Shown here piece after piece: positions 7,956 to 15,849 of a stretch of 20,000 bases of DNA. The notes below the pieces were generated by a model that saw only the letters and a program-made list of their open reading frames with translations, made no database searches and was not told where the DNA came from. The stretch lies in the IMG/VR virus record IMGVR_UViG_3300046758_000519; one strand, written 5' to 3'. Each line of letters opens with the position of its first letter. Positions within the stretch are counted from its first letter, which is position 1. Source of the DNA: an uncultured virus (IMG/VR IMGVR_UViG_3300046758_000519) (Duplodnaviria > Heunggongvirae > Uroviricota > Caudoviricetes). A program made the translations under genes and the position numbers.

Positions 7956-9754
7956 TAATACAATGGACGAATTTTTTTCATAATTTCTTTAGGAAGATTT
8001 AGATGCTTTGTAATTTTACCATCCTTCATAAACCATGCACTTTTACTAGAATTTAAAAATGATTCAAAATTATAGGTGTGCCAAGATTTCATAGAAAAAC
8101 AGCAATTATTTTTTACTACATCCATTGCACCGATCATCCACAGCCAAGAATCTTTTAATTGCCACTCTGTTAATTTCTGTAAGTGGTATTCATATTTTTC
8201 CAACCACCAGTTTCCATTGCTTGTAGTATCTATGTAAATAGTTGTATCCAATGATTGAGTTTGTAAATAATTTTTAATTTTAATATGTTGTGAAAGTAAT
8301 AACAAACCCATTGCTCCAGTTCTTATTTTTAAAAACTTTGAAATGCAATTAGGTGTTTTTATAAACTTATATAATATTTTATTTTTTTTGTGTGTTAATG
8401 AAAGTTTTTCAAATTTATTTATTTGTGTTTCGTTTTTGTATTTTACTATGAACAAACACTCTTTACACTCGGAGTGTGCTTTAGAATTCAATGTATTTTT
8501 AAATTTAGCATCGCATAAAGTATCCAAATCTATGTATAAAATTAAAGCATCAATAGTTTGACGATAACTCCAAGGTTTTGAAAATAAGTGTTTACTTACC
8601 TCTTTTATTTTTTGCCTTGCCGATTTGTCGTGTAAAACTTCTCGTTTATTGATTAAAGTTTGATATTTTTCAATTCCATGTACAGGATTGATTAATTGAT
8701 TTTTAAACTTATTACAATTTTGCTTTAATTTTTTAAGTTTCTGAGGATCATCCATTAACTGACGAATTCTTGAATTCATATCCTCTGGATTTTTACAATG
8801 AAATCCAGTTACATTATGTTCAATTGTTTCGTTTATGCCAAGACTTGTAGTTAGACACAATACAGGCAATTCATGTGATATTGCCTCAATGACTGCATTG
8901 CTTGTTCCCTCAAACTCAGCAGTTGATACCATAAAATCACAAGAAGAATAATAATCATGAATATTTTTTACCGTATTTTCTACACTTATGTAATTTTCAA
9001 TTTCTTTATTTGATTCGATTATTAAATTTAATTCTTTCATAATTAATGGACTTATTTCACCTATAATATGAAGTGTAAAATCTTTATGAGTTTTTATTAT
9101 TTCAGGTAAAACTTTAACAAGTGGGAGTATACTTTTTCTTGTTTCTCGTAGTCCATTTATGTTTATTATATTGAACTTTTTTTCAAATTTTACAGGAATA
9201 TAATTTGGAATTTTTACAGTATTCCAAAAACTTCTAATTTTATGCTGGTTATTTCCAGGTATATATTTTGAAAAGTTTGGATTCTCCAAACGAATTATAT
9301 CAACTGCATCACACAATGTTTCATATGTAATGCCAGTTGCTTCATTTTTTGTAGAAAACGCATTTATTATTTTCGTTGGATGGTTGGTATCAAAGTTGAT
9401 CCAGAAAATATTATCTCGTAAAATATAATCTGACATAAAAATGAATCTATTCGAATTAAAATCTAAAAAACTAACTAGCACAGGATTGATTTGTTTGTCT
9501 ATGTGTTCAGCAATTTGCGTTGCTATTTGCTTTCTCCAATGTAATTCCGATGAAATGAATATGCGTTTTATCGGAATTAAGTTTCCGTTTTCATCTTCAT
9601 CAATATGCAAATCAGATGAAACAAATGAAATTAAAACAATATTATATTTATTTTGATTGTGAAGAAATACTATTAAATCATTTATGATTTTTGAACAACC
9701 CCCTCCTGTAACCGATCCACGGTATATATAAATTGTCTGTTTATCGTTACTCAC
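7955..9754 (-). CDS. GT4 (GT-B) glycosyltransferase with ~220 aa C-terminal domain of unknown function
   Basis: N-terminal GGG motif (VTGGGCSK), and DFMVSTAEFEGTSNAVIEAISHELPVL (EX7E) followed by ETIEHNVTGF. GTG start. Confidence 0.8.
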   Translation of the reverse strand: MSNDKQTIYIYRGSVTGGGCSKIINDLIVFLHNQNKYNIVLISFVSSDLHIDEDENGNLIPIKRIFISSELHWRKQIATQIAEHIDKQINPVLVSFLDFNSNRFIFMSDYILRDNIFWINFDTNHPTKIINAFSTKNEATGITYETLCDAVDIIRLENPNFSKYIPGNNQHKIRSFWNTVKIPNYIPVKFEKKFNIININGLRETRKSILPLVKVLPEIIKTHKDFTLHIIGEISPLIMKELNLIIESNKEIENYISVENTVKNIHDYYSSCDFMVSTAEFEGTSNAVIEAISHELPVLCLTTSLGINETIEHNVTGFHCKNPEDMNSRIRQLMDDPQKLKKLKQNCNKFKNQLINPVHGIEKYQTLINKREVLHDKSARQKIKEVSKHLFSKPWSYRQTIDALILYIDLDTLCDAKFKNTLNSKAHSECKECLFIVKYKNETQINKFEKLSLTHKKNKILYKFIKTPNCISKFLKIRTGAMGLLLLSQHIKIKNYLQTQSLDTTIYIDTTSNGNWWLEKYEYHLQKLTEWQLKDSWLWMIGAMDVVKNNCCFSMKSWHTYNFESFLNSSKSAWFMKDGKITKHLNLPKEIMKKIRPLY

Positions 9755-9801
9755 TTTAATAAATATTGCACAAAAACAAATTTGATGATATGTATGAATT
9801 A

Positions 9802-10653
9802 TTAAATATATAAGTCTTTTCTGTGAACTATTTGTGTATCAGGAAATTCTTTTAAAACTTTGGTAATTGTAATGTGTCTGTCACAGAATGTGCTTATATT
9901 TGTGAAATATGGTGTATCTTTTAAATAATTCAAAATATTTTGTTTTTCGGCATATAAATAAATTGCGACATCATAGTTCATAAATTCCTTATATTTTTTA
10001 TTGTTACTTCGTTTTTGTGAATCATATAGCAACTCATTTTTAATAAACTTTTCAGATTTTTTTAGCAGTACCAATGTTTCTTTTTTATTTTTGTATAATC
10101 CTACTCCATTTAAATGTCCTGAATAATATGTCTGTGATACAAACTCTCTTTGACTTCCTTTATATGTACTCCCTGCTATGCAAAAATCATTATTAATTGC
10201 ATAATCATGTATTACATCAAACCATGTGTTTGTAAGAGGTTGTGTATCCGTTTCAAGAAGCATAAAATTTTTGTATTTGGTTTCAAGTAAAAAATATAAG
10301 GTAATATAAAAATGATAATTCACTCCGTTGGAACGGCCAAGTTCTAATTCAGATAAGTCAATTTTTGATTCAAGTGAACGCATATACAAATTAAGGTGTC
10401 CTGGGATATGATTACAAATTGTTTTTACTTGATTTACATTTTCATGTTTGTGAAATCTTCCCAACTCATTATATATTTTTCTTACTCTTTTATTTGGAAA
10501 TGTGTCTAAAAAAATATATAAATCAAATTTATATTTACAATTTGTGGTGTTTTCTAAAAAATAATTTATTGCACGACTTAGTTCACCACTTTCATATTCT
10601 TTTAATGTAGTCAAAAAAAATACACACAAATCGTCCGTATAAATTTTACTCAT
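9802..10653 (-). CDS. Uncharacterised GT-A-like protein (paralogue 2 of 3)
   Basis: Shares FMLLE(S/T)DT, WFD, IAGSxYKG, GH(L/V)NGV, F(M/L)NYDVA and C-terminal PxTxIxHxKxLY with two neighbours. ETD after a hydrophobic strand resembles a DxD motif. Confidence 0.55.
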   Translation of the reverse strand: MSKIYTDDLCVFFLTTLKEYESGELSRAINYFLENTTNCKYKFDLYIFLDTFPNKRVRKIYNELGRFHKHENVNQVKTICNHIPGHLNLYMRSLESKIDLSELELGRSNGVNYHFYITLYFLLETKYKNFMLLETDTQPLTNTWFDVIHDYAINNDFCIAGSTYKGSQREFVSQTYYSGHLNGVGLYKNKKETLVLLKKSEKFIKNELLYDSQKRSNNKKYKEFMNYDVAIYLYAEKQNILNYLKDTPYFTNISTFCDRHITITKVLKEFPDTQIVHRKDLYI

Positions 10654-10658
10654 TTTTA

Positions 10659-11261
10659 TTAAAAATTATAATTAAATCTTTTAAGATCACACGCATATTG
10701 TTTAGTTACAGTTTCAATTGTCTCTGCATCATAATAATCACGGTAATGATTATGTTCAGTTTTATTGAATTGAGGTAATTTTACTTTATCAATTTTAATT
10801 TTATCACAGACATGATCAAAATGACTTTGTAGATTTTCACACTTTCCTATAAATCCATATTTTTCAAAATCAGATGGAATGAAACTTGAACAAGGTAACC
10901 AATGATCGTCATTTTTTTCAAAATCAGATGTAATTTTTTTGACAAATTGTTTAAATGTAAATTTACGATCAATCATGTAATGTATGCTATTTGATTGTCG
11001 TTTATTATCTGACCATCTTTTATGATTTTCTATTTTATCACTATAACAACTAACCAATCTCTCAAATGGATTTCTTACAAATGCGAAATTAAAAAAAAAA
11101 TGGTGATCTTCTGTGTATTTTATTTTTTTCCACTCATATTCACTTTCGTTTTGCTTTTGAGTTTTTTCATTAAGTATACGACGTAGTGTAGAAGACGCAC
11201 ATTTTGGAATTTGTATCCAACAATATTTAGAGGTTACTGAAATGTGCAATGGTAAATTCAT
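10659..11261 (-). CDS. Carbohydrate sulfotransferase (Sulfotransfer_2 family)
   Basis: WIQIPKCASST, FAFVRNPFERLVSCY, DHWLP, FIGKCENL, HYRDYYD...YACDLKRFNY. Confidence 0.88.
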   Translation of the reverse strand: MNLPLHISVTSKYCWIQIPKCASSTLRRILNEKTQKQNESEYEWKKIKYTEDHHFFFNFAFVRNPFERLVSCYSDKIENHKRWSDNKRQSNSIHYMIDRKFTFKQFVKKITSDFEKNDDHWLPCSSFIPSDFEKYGFIGKCENLQSHFDHVCDKIKIDKVKLPQFNKTEHNHYRDYYDAETIETVTKQYACDLKRFNYNF

Positions 11262-11277
11262 TTGTAATTTTTATTTT

Positions 11278-12111
11278 CTATTTGTATAGATTTTTTTTAT
11301 GTAAAATTCGTGTATCAGGATAATCATTTATAATATTTTCAAGCATCAACTCGTTATTAGGACTACTACTCATATTTGTTATAAAATTAGTATCTAATAA
11401 AGATGCTTCCACGGAATTCTGACTTTTAAGATAAAGATATATAGCAACATCATAATTCATAAATCTGAAATACATATTTGTTTTATCATTTTTGATTGAA
11501 TTTATTAAAAATATTTTAGAATTTAATAGCATCCTTTGCAAATTACTTGAATTTTTGTATATAGCAACTCCATTTAGATGACCACCAAAATAACTTTTTA
11601 AAATTGCATCCTTATCCACTCCTTTATATAAACTTCCTGCAATTAAAAACTTGTTATTTCTTGTATAATTTAAAATTACATCAAACCAATCTGATTTAAT
11701 TGGCTTTGTATCACTTTCGAGTAATAAAAATGATCTATAATTCAATTTCAATAATTTATCAAGTGTATTATAGAAATGTAAATTTATTCCGTGTGAAGCA
11801 CCCATTGGATATTTTTCCAAATCTACTTTATTTAATAAACTCATATCGTAAAAATTTTCATCTTTACTGAGTTGATTTGATAATATAAAAATATTTCTTA
11901 CATTTTTATATTCTGACTCAATTTTACAAAATTCTTTTGAATAACTATTTTTTATACCATCTGTTGTGTCAAAAACAATTATTATATCAAATTTATATTT
12001 TGATTCACAATTTGATAAATAACAATTCAATGATTTTACCAAATCACCACTTTTGTATTCATTAATTGTGGTCAAGAAAAAAACACAAATTTCATTTGTA
12101 AACTTCATCAT
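11278..12111 (-). CDS. Uncharacterised GT-A-like protein (paralogue 1 of 3)
   Basis: Same motif set: FLLLESDT, WFD, IAGSLYKG, GGHLNGVAIYKN, FMNYDVAIY, PDTRILHKKNLY. SD GGAG at 12116-12119. Overlaps the end of fcl. Confidence 0.55.
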   Translation of the reverse strand: MMKFTNEICVFFLTTINEYKSGDLVKSLNCYLSNCESKYKFDIIIVFDTTDGIKNSYSKEFCKIESEYKNVRNIFILSNQLSKDENFYDMSLLNKVDLEKYPMGASHGINLHFYNTLDKLLKLNYRSFLLLESDTKPIKSDWFDVILNYTRNNKFLIAGSLYKGVDKDAILKSYFGGHLNGVAIYKNSSNLQRMLLNSKIFLINSIKNDKTNMYFRFMNYDVAIYLYLKSQNSVEASLLDTNFITNMSSSPNNELMLENIINDYPDTRILHKKNLYK

Positions 12112-13051
12112 TACTCTCCAAGAACCATTTGTATGTTTTCGTCAAACCTTCATCAAGTAAAACATTTGCTTTTAATCCAAGTGACTTTGCAAAACTAACA
12201 TCCATGAGTTTTTTCATAGTACCATCTGGCTTGCTTGTATCGTGTACTATATTTCCGGTATAACCCACTACTTTCTTTATTTTATATGCAAGTTCTTTAA
12301 TTTCAATATCGACCCCACTACCAAAATTTATACAACTTTTATTATTATCATACACTTGGTCTGCATTTATATTTTTAATACAATGTTCTATTGTATCAGC
12401 AAGATCGGCCGCAAACATAAATTCACGTCTTGGTTTTCCTGTTCCCCATAATATTACTTCAGGATCCTTATTGATTTTTGCTTCGTGAAATTTACGAATT
12501 AAAGCAGGTAACACATGACTTGATTTTAAATCAAAGTTGTCGTTGTATCCATACAAATTACAAGGCATAATACTATAAAAATTACTATTATATTGTTTAT
12601 AGTAACTTTCACACATTTTTAATCCTGCTATTTTAGCAATAGCATAAGGTTCATTTGTATATTCTAATGCCGATGTTAGTAGATATTCTTCTTTGATTGG
12701 TTGTGGTGCTTGTTTAGGATAAATACACGATGAACCAAGAAATATAAGTTTACTTACATTATGAACTTTTGCACTATGAATTAAATTCGTTTGAATTTGA
12801 AGATTATCATAAATAAAATCTCCACGAAAATCATTGTTTGCTAGAATACCACCAACTTTTGCGGCCGCAATTACAACTACATCAAATTTATGTTTTGCAA
12901 AAAAAGCATTCACATCTGCTTGATTTCTGCAATCTAAATTCTTACTTCGTGTTGTAGTAACATTTGTATAGTTTTCTGATTGCAATTTTCTAACAACCGC
13001 AGAACCTACCATCCCAGATGATCCTGCTACGAATATTTTTAAATCATTCAT
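12092..13051 (-). CDS. fcl: GDP-L-fucose synthase (GDP-4-keto-6-deoxymannose epimerase/reductase)
   Basis: AGSSGMVGSA, AAAKVGGILAN, FLGSSCIYPK, TNEPYAIAK, MPCNLYG, SHVLPALIRKFH, WGTGKPRREF, KPDGT. Confidence 0.95.
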   Translation of the reverse strand: MNDLKIFVAGSSGMVGSAVVRKLQSENYTNVTTTRSKNLDCRNQADVNAFFAKHKFDVVVIAAAKVGGILANNDFRGDFIYDNLQIQTNLIHSAKVHNVSKLIFLGSSCIYPKQAPQPIKEEYLLTSALEYTNEPYAIAKIAGLKMCESYYKQYNSNFYSIMPCNLYGYNDNFDLKSSHVLPALIRKFHEAKINKDPEVILWGTGKPRREFMFAADLADTIEHCIKNINADQVYDNNKSCINFGSGVDIEIKELAYKIKKVVGYTGNIVHDTSKPDGTMKKLMDVSFAKSLGLKANVLLDEGLTKTYKWFLESNDEVYK

Positions 13052-13056
13052 TTAAA

Positions 13057-14232
13057 TTACTTTAACAAATTATAATCGTTTTTATACATCTTTTTTACAA
13101 GAGAATTGAAGTCGTAAATTCGTTTCCAACCAAGTTCTTTTTCTGCAAGTGTACAATCACCCCGCAATTTATGAACTTCCGCAGGACGATAAAATTTAGG
13201 ATCAACTTCAACAATAAGTTCATTTGTATCTTTGAATATAAATTTTTCATATTCGTTTTTTCCAACTTTTATATAATCTATATTAGCAACTTTTAATGTT
13301 TCTTCTAAAAATTTACGAACACTATGCATTTTACCACTGGCAAGAACATAATTTTTTGGAGTATCTTGATTCATCATTAACCAAACACCTGACATAAAAT
13401 CCTCTGCATCAGTCCAATCTCGTTGTGCATCCATATTTCCCAAACGAAGTACAGGAATTTCTTGATTTTTTTCAAGTGCGTGTTTTATCATCGCAATTCC
13501 ATGTGAAATTTTGCGAGTTACGAATTCTTTACCACGGCGTGAACCTTCGTGATTAAATAACCAACCCTGAACTGCATACAAATCATACGATTCACGATAC
13601 ACACGCACAATTTGTCTTGCGGCTGCTTTGGCTGCTCCATAAGGACTTTGTGGACGAAGTGGATGTTCTTCGGTTTGTGGGTCTGTAATAACATCACCAA
13701 ATTCTTCACTTGATCCTGCGTTATAGAATCTACATTCAGGAGCAAACTTACGAATACTTTCAAGCATATGAAGAACCGCAGTTGCATCAGTATCCCATGT
13801 TTGAATTGGATAATCCCAAGAACCATCTACAAAACTTTGTGCGGCGAAATTTAAAAAGTAATCAGGTTGTAAATCTACAATAACATCCCTAATACTATAA
13901 TCATCGGTTAAATCTAAATTTACAAGTTGAAATCTAGGTTCTTTTTTCAAATGCTCTATATTCTCATGATTCGAAACACTTAACCTACGAATAGTTCCAT
14001 AAACCATACAATTTGTATTTTTTAACAAATACTCAACCATGTGACTTCCATCTTGACCAGTTACTCCTGTCACTACTACTTTTTTTATAGATGACGAATG
14101 TAGCATTGATGTATCTTTTATTTCTACCGAAGACGTATTTTCCACTTCACTTAATTGAGTATTTACTTTTTTAGGTGACGGAGTTGGAAAATCTTCAATT
14201 TCTGATTTAATTTCTATTTTATTATCACTCAT
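13057..14232 (-). CDS. gmd: GDP-mannose 4,6-dehydratase
   Basis: VTGVTGQDGS, NFAAQSFV, AGSSEEFG, PQSPYGAAK, LFNHEGSRRGKEFVTRKI, LGNMDAQRDW, YRPAEV. Adjacent to fcl. Carries a ~45 aa N-terminal extension, so the start may be the internal Met43. Confidence 0.95.
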   Translation of the reverse strand: MSDNKIEIKSEIEDFPTPSPKKVNTQLSEVENTSSVEIKDTSMLHSSSIKKVVVTGVTGQDGSHMVEYLLKNTNCMVYGTIRRLSVSNHENIEHLKKEPRFQLVNLDLTDDYSIRDVIVDLQPDYFLNFAAQSFVDGSWDYPIQTWDTDATAVLHMLESIRKFAPECRFYNAGSSEEFGDVITDPQTEEHPLRPQSPYGAAKAAARQIVRVYRESYDLYAVQGWLFNHEGSRRGKEFVTRKISHGIAMIKHALEKNQEIPVLRLGNMDAQRDWTDAEDFMSGVWLMMNQDTPKNYVLASGKMHSVRKFLEETLKVANIDYIKVGKNEYEKFIFKDTNELIVEVDPKFYRPAEVHKLRGDCTLAEKELGWKRIYDFNSLVKKMYKNDYNLLK

Positions 14233-14275
14233 ATTATCTTTTTTCAGTTGGTCAATACCAATAAATATTTTTATT

Positions 14276-14950
14276 TTATAGTTTATATCGTTTTAGATAT
14301 GTTTTGTGTATTTTTGTGTGGTTTTCTGTAAACCAGTATTCCAACGCATTAATAGTTTCTTCATCTAGATCTTGTTGATGAAATTTAAAATCCGCTTTTC
14401 CTTTTGTTAACGAAGGAGCACCACGGGTTTTAGAACCAACATTTTCACTTCCACCATTTTCATATAATTTTACTGAAATGTCTCGATGCTCTTTTACATC
14501 AATGTTATTCCATTCGTTGGGTATATCAAGAAAGTCTAAGAATTGCTTCATATGCGTCTTAGGATCACTTACAAAGTCTTCATAGTACATTATCATCTTT
14601 TCACCACGAAACGCATCATAAACATATAGGTTATCCGTGAAATCACTCATTCTAGTTACTCGTTTTTCAAATGTTCTTCCACGACAATGACGAACAAAGC
14701 ATTCACGGTAATCACGTACTACACAAACCAATTTTTGAATGTCTCTGTCAACTATATCTTCTTCTGATAACTTGTGTCTTTTATATAAAGTTGCGTTGGT
14801 TTTTTCGGTACGTTTTTCACCCCAATGGTTGATTTCAACCAAAACATTTCTTTCACTTGTATTGTCGTTTGAAAAATATTCAAACCAATAACGAACCCAA
14901 TTAGAACCTGTTCTTGGCAACGACAATAAACAATTTTTAAATTTTTTCAC
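14276..14950 (-). CDS. PAPS-dependent sulfotransferase (Sulfotransfer_1/3-like)
   Basis: LLSLPRTGSNWVRY (5'-PSB), VCVVRDYRECFVRH (3'-PB-like), MYYEDF...FLDFL. GTGA overlap, SD AGGAG at 14958-14962. Confidence 0.75.
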   Translation of the reverse strand: MKKFKNCLLSLPRTGSNWVRYWFEYFSNDNTSERNVLVEINHWGEKRTEKTNATLYKRHKLSEEDIVDRDIQKLVCVVRDYRECFVRHCRGRTFEKRVTRMSDFTDNLYVYDAFRGEKMIMYYEDFVSDPKTHMKQFLDFLDIPNEWNNIDVKEHRDISVKLYENGGSENVGSKTRGAPSLTKGKADFKFHQQDLDEETINALEYWFTENHTKIHKTYLKRYKL

Positions 14951-15795
14951 GAGTCTTCTCCTAAAGTTTCTTTTAAATCAGGTATTATAAATTTCTTTTT
15001 ACCAAACCATGCTCCCAGTCTTCCGAAACTACTTCCATGACATCCATAAACTCGTTTAGTGCAACCAAGTAGCATCATATCAATCAATGCCTGTGCAATC
15101 GGTGAGTGTCTTTGTCTTGCACCACCAGGATATTTTTCACCAGCTGGATGTTCATCAAAATCTCTTTTGGTTTTATTAAAATAATCAGAATATTTTAACA
15201 TAAATTTTTCTTCGGTCCACTTGTTATCAGTAGCAAGAAAAAAACGAACATTTGGATCATTATCTATTTCTTTTTGAATTTCACGATCAAACCACCAATC
15301 AGGTGTTTTATGTTGCTCTTTTAAATCGGTTCTTCTGATATGCAGTCCAATACAATTTTCTATATCAAGTTCTTTTTTAAACATTTCAAGTTGTTCTTGA
15401 ATATGAGGAAGTGGAATAATATGTTTTTTTTGATCATCTACAATTTTCTGAAATTGTCTTTTTGTTAAATCAAAGTTTCCTTCAATGAAGTTATCGTGAA
15501 AACTATTATTAGGATAATTACTTTTTATCCACAATGTAGTTGAATTGGGTTGATATCTGCGCCCTGTTTCATATTGCATATTATTTGGTATTTCAAATAA
15601 ATCTTCAAACGAAGTCTTACCAATTGCATCATCTAATCTCCATTTCATAATATAAGGAACATTTAAATATTCTGCAAATGCTGATGTTGTTATCCATGCT
15701 CTCATTCGGTTTCCAAGTCCACTCATAAACGAATGATAAAATACCGACTCAATTTTTCTCGGCAATGTATTTTCTTTTATTATTTCATCTCCCAT
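14947..15795 (-). CDS. GDP-fucose-dependent fucosyltransferase-like protein (NodZ/GT23/O-FucT superfamily)
   Basis: SGLGNRMR, IGLHIRRTD (motif I), FFLATDN (motif II), ALIDMMLLG...GSSFG (motif III). Confidence 0.8.
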   Translation of the reverse strand: MGDEIIKENTLPRKIESVFYHSFMSGLGNRMRAWITTSAFAEYLNVPYIMKWRLDDAIGKTSFEDLFEIPNNMQYETGRRYQPNSTTLWIKSNYPNNSFHDNFIEGNFDLTKRQFQKIVDDQKKHIIPLPHIQEQLEMFKKELDIENCIGLHIRRTDLKEQHKTPDWWFDREIQKEIDNDPNVRFFLATDNKWTEEKFMLKYSDYFNKTKRDFDEHPAGEKYPGGARQRHSPIAQALIDMMLLGCTKRVYGCHGSSFGRLGAWFGKKKFIIPDLKETLGEDS

Positions 15796-15832
15796 AATAT
15801 ACTATTCCTACATTTAATAAGTATAGAACGAA

Positions 15833-15847
15833 AGAGTTTTTATAATA
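15833..15847. promoter_or_regulatory. 15-bp intergenic element AGAGTTTTTATAATA (identical copy at 5633-5647)
   Basis: Exact 15-nt match in two spacers 10.2 kb apart, each within 2 nt of a stop codon. Partial copy AGTTGTTATAATA at 4168-4180. Confidence 0.5.
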
Positions 15848-15849
15848 AT

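Noticed and set aside
13518..13826. 102 aa minus-strand ORF inside gmd
   Set aside because: It is an alternative frame nested in a highly conserved gene, with no supporting signal.
1415..15795. Ordinary bacterial O-antigen or capsule locus
   Set aside because: No flippase, polymerase, ABC transporter, priming transferase or evident membrane protein is present, and the flanks are hypothetical phage-like genes. Wider context is needed to exclude it fully.
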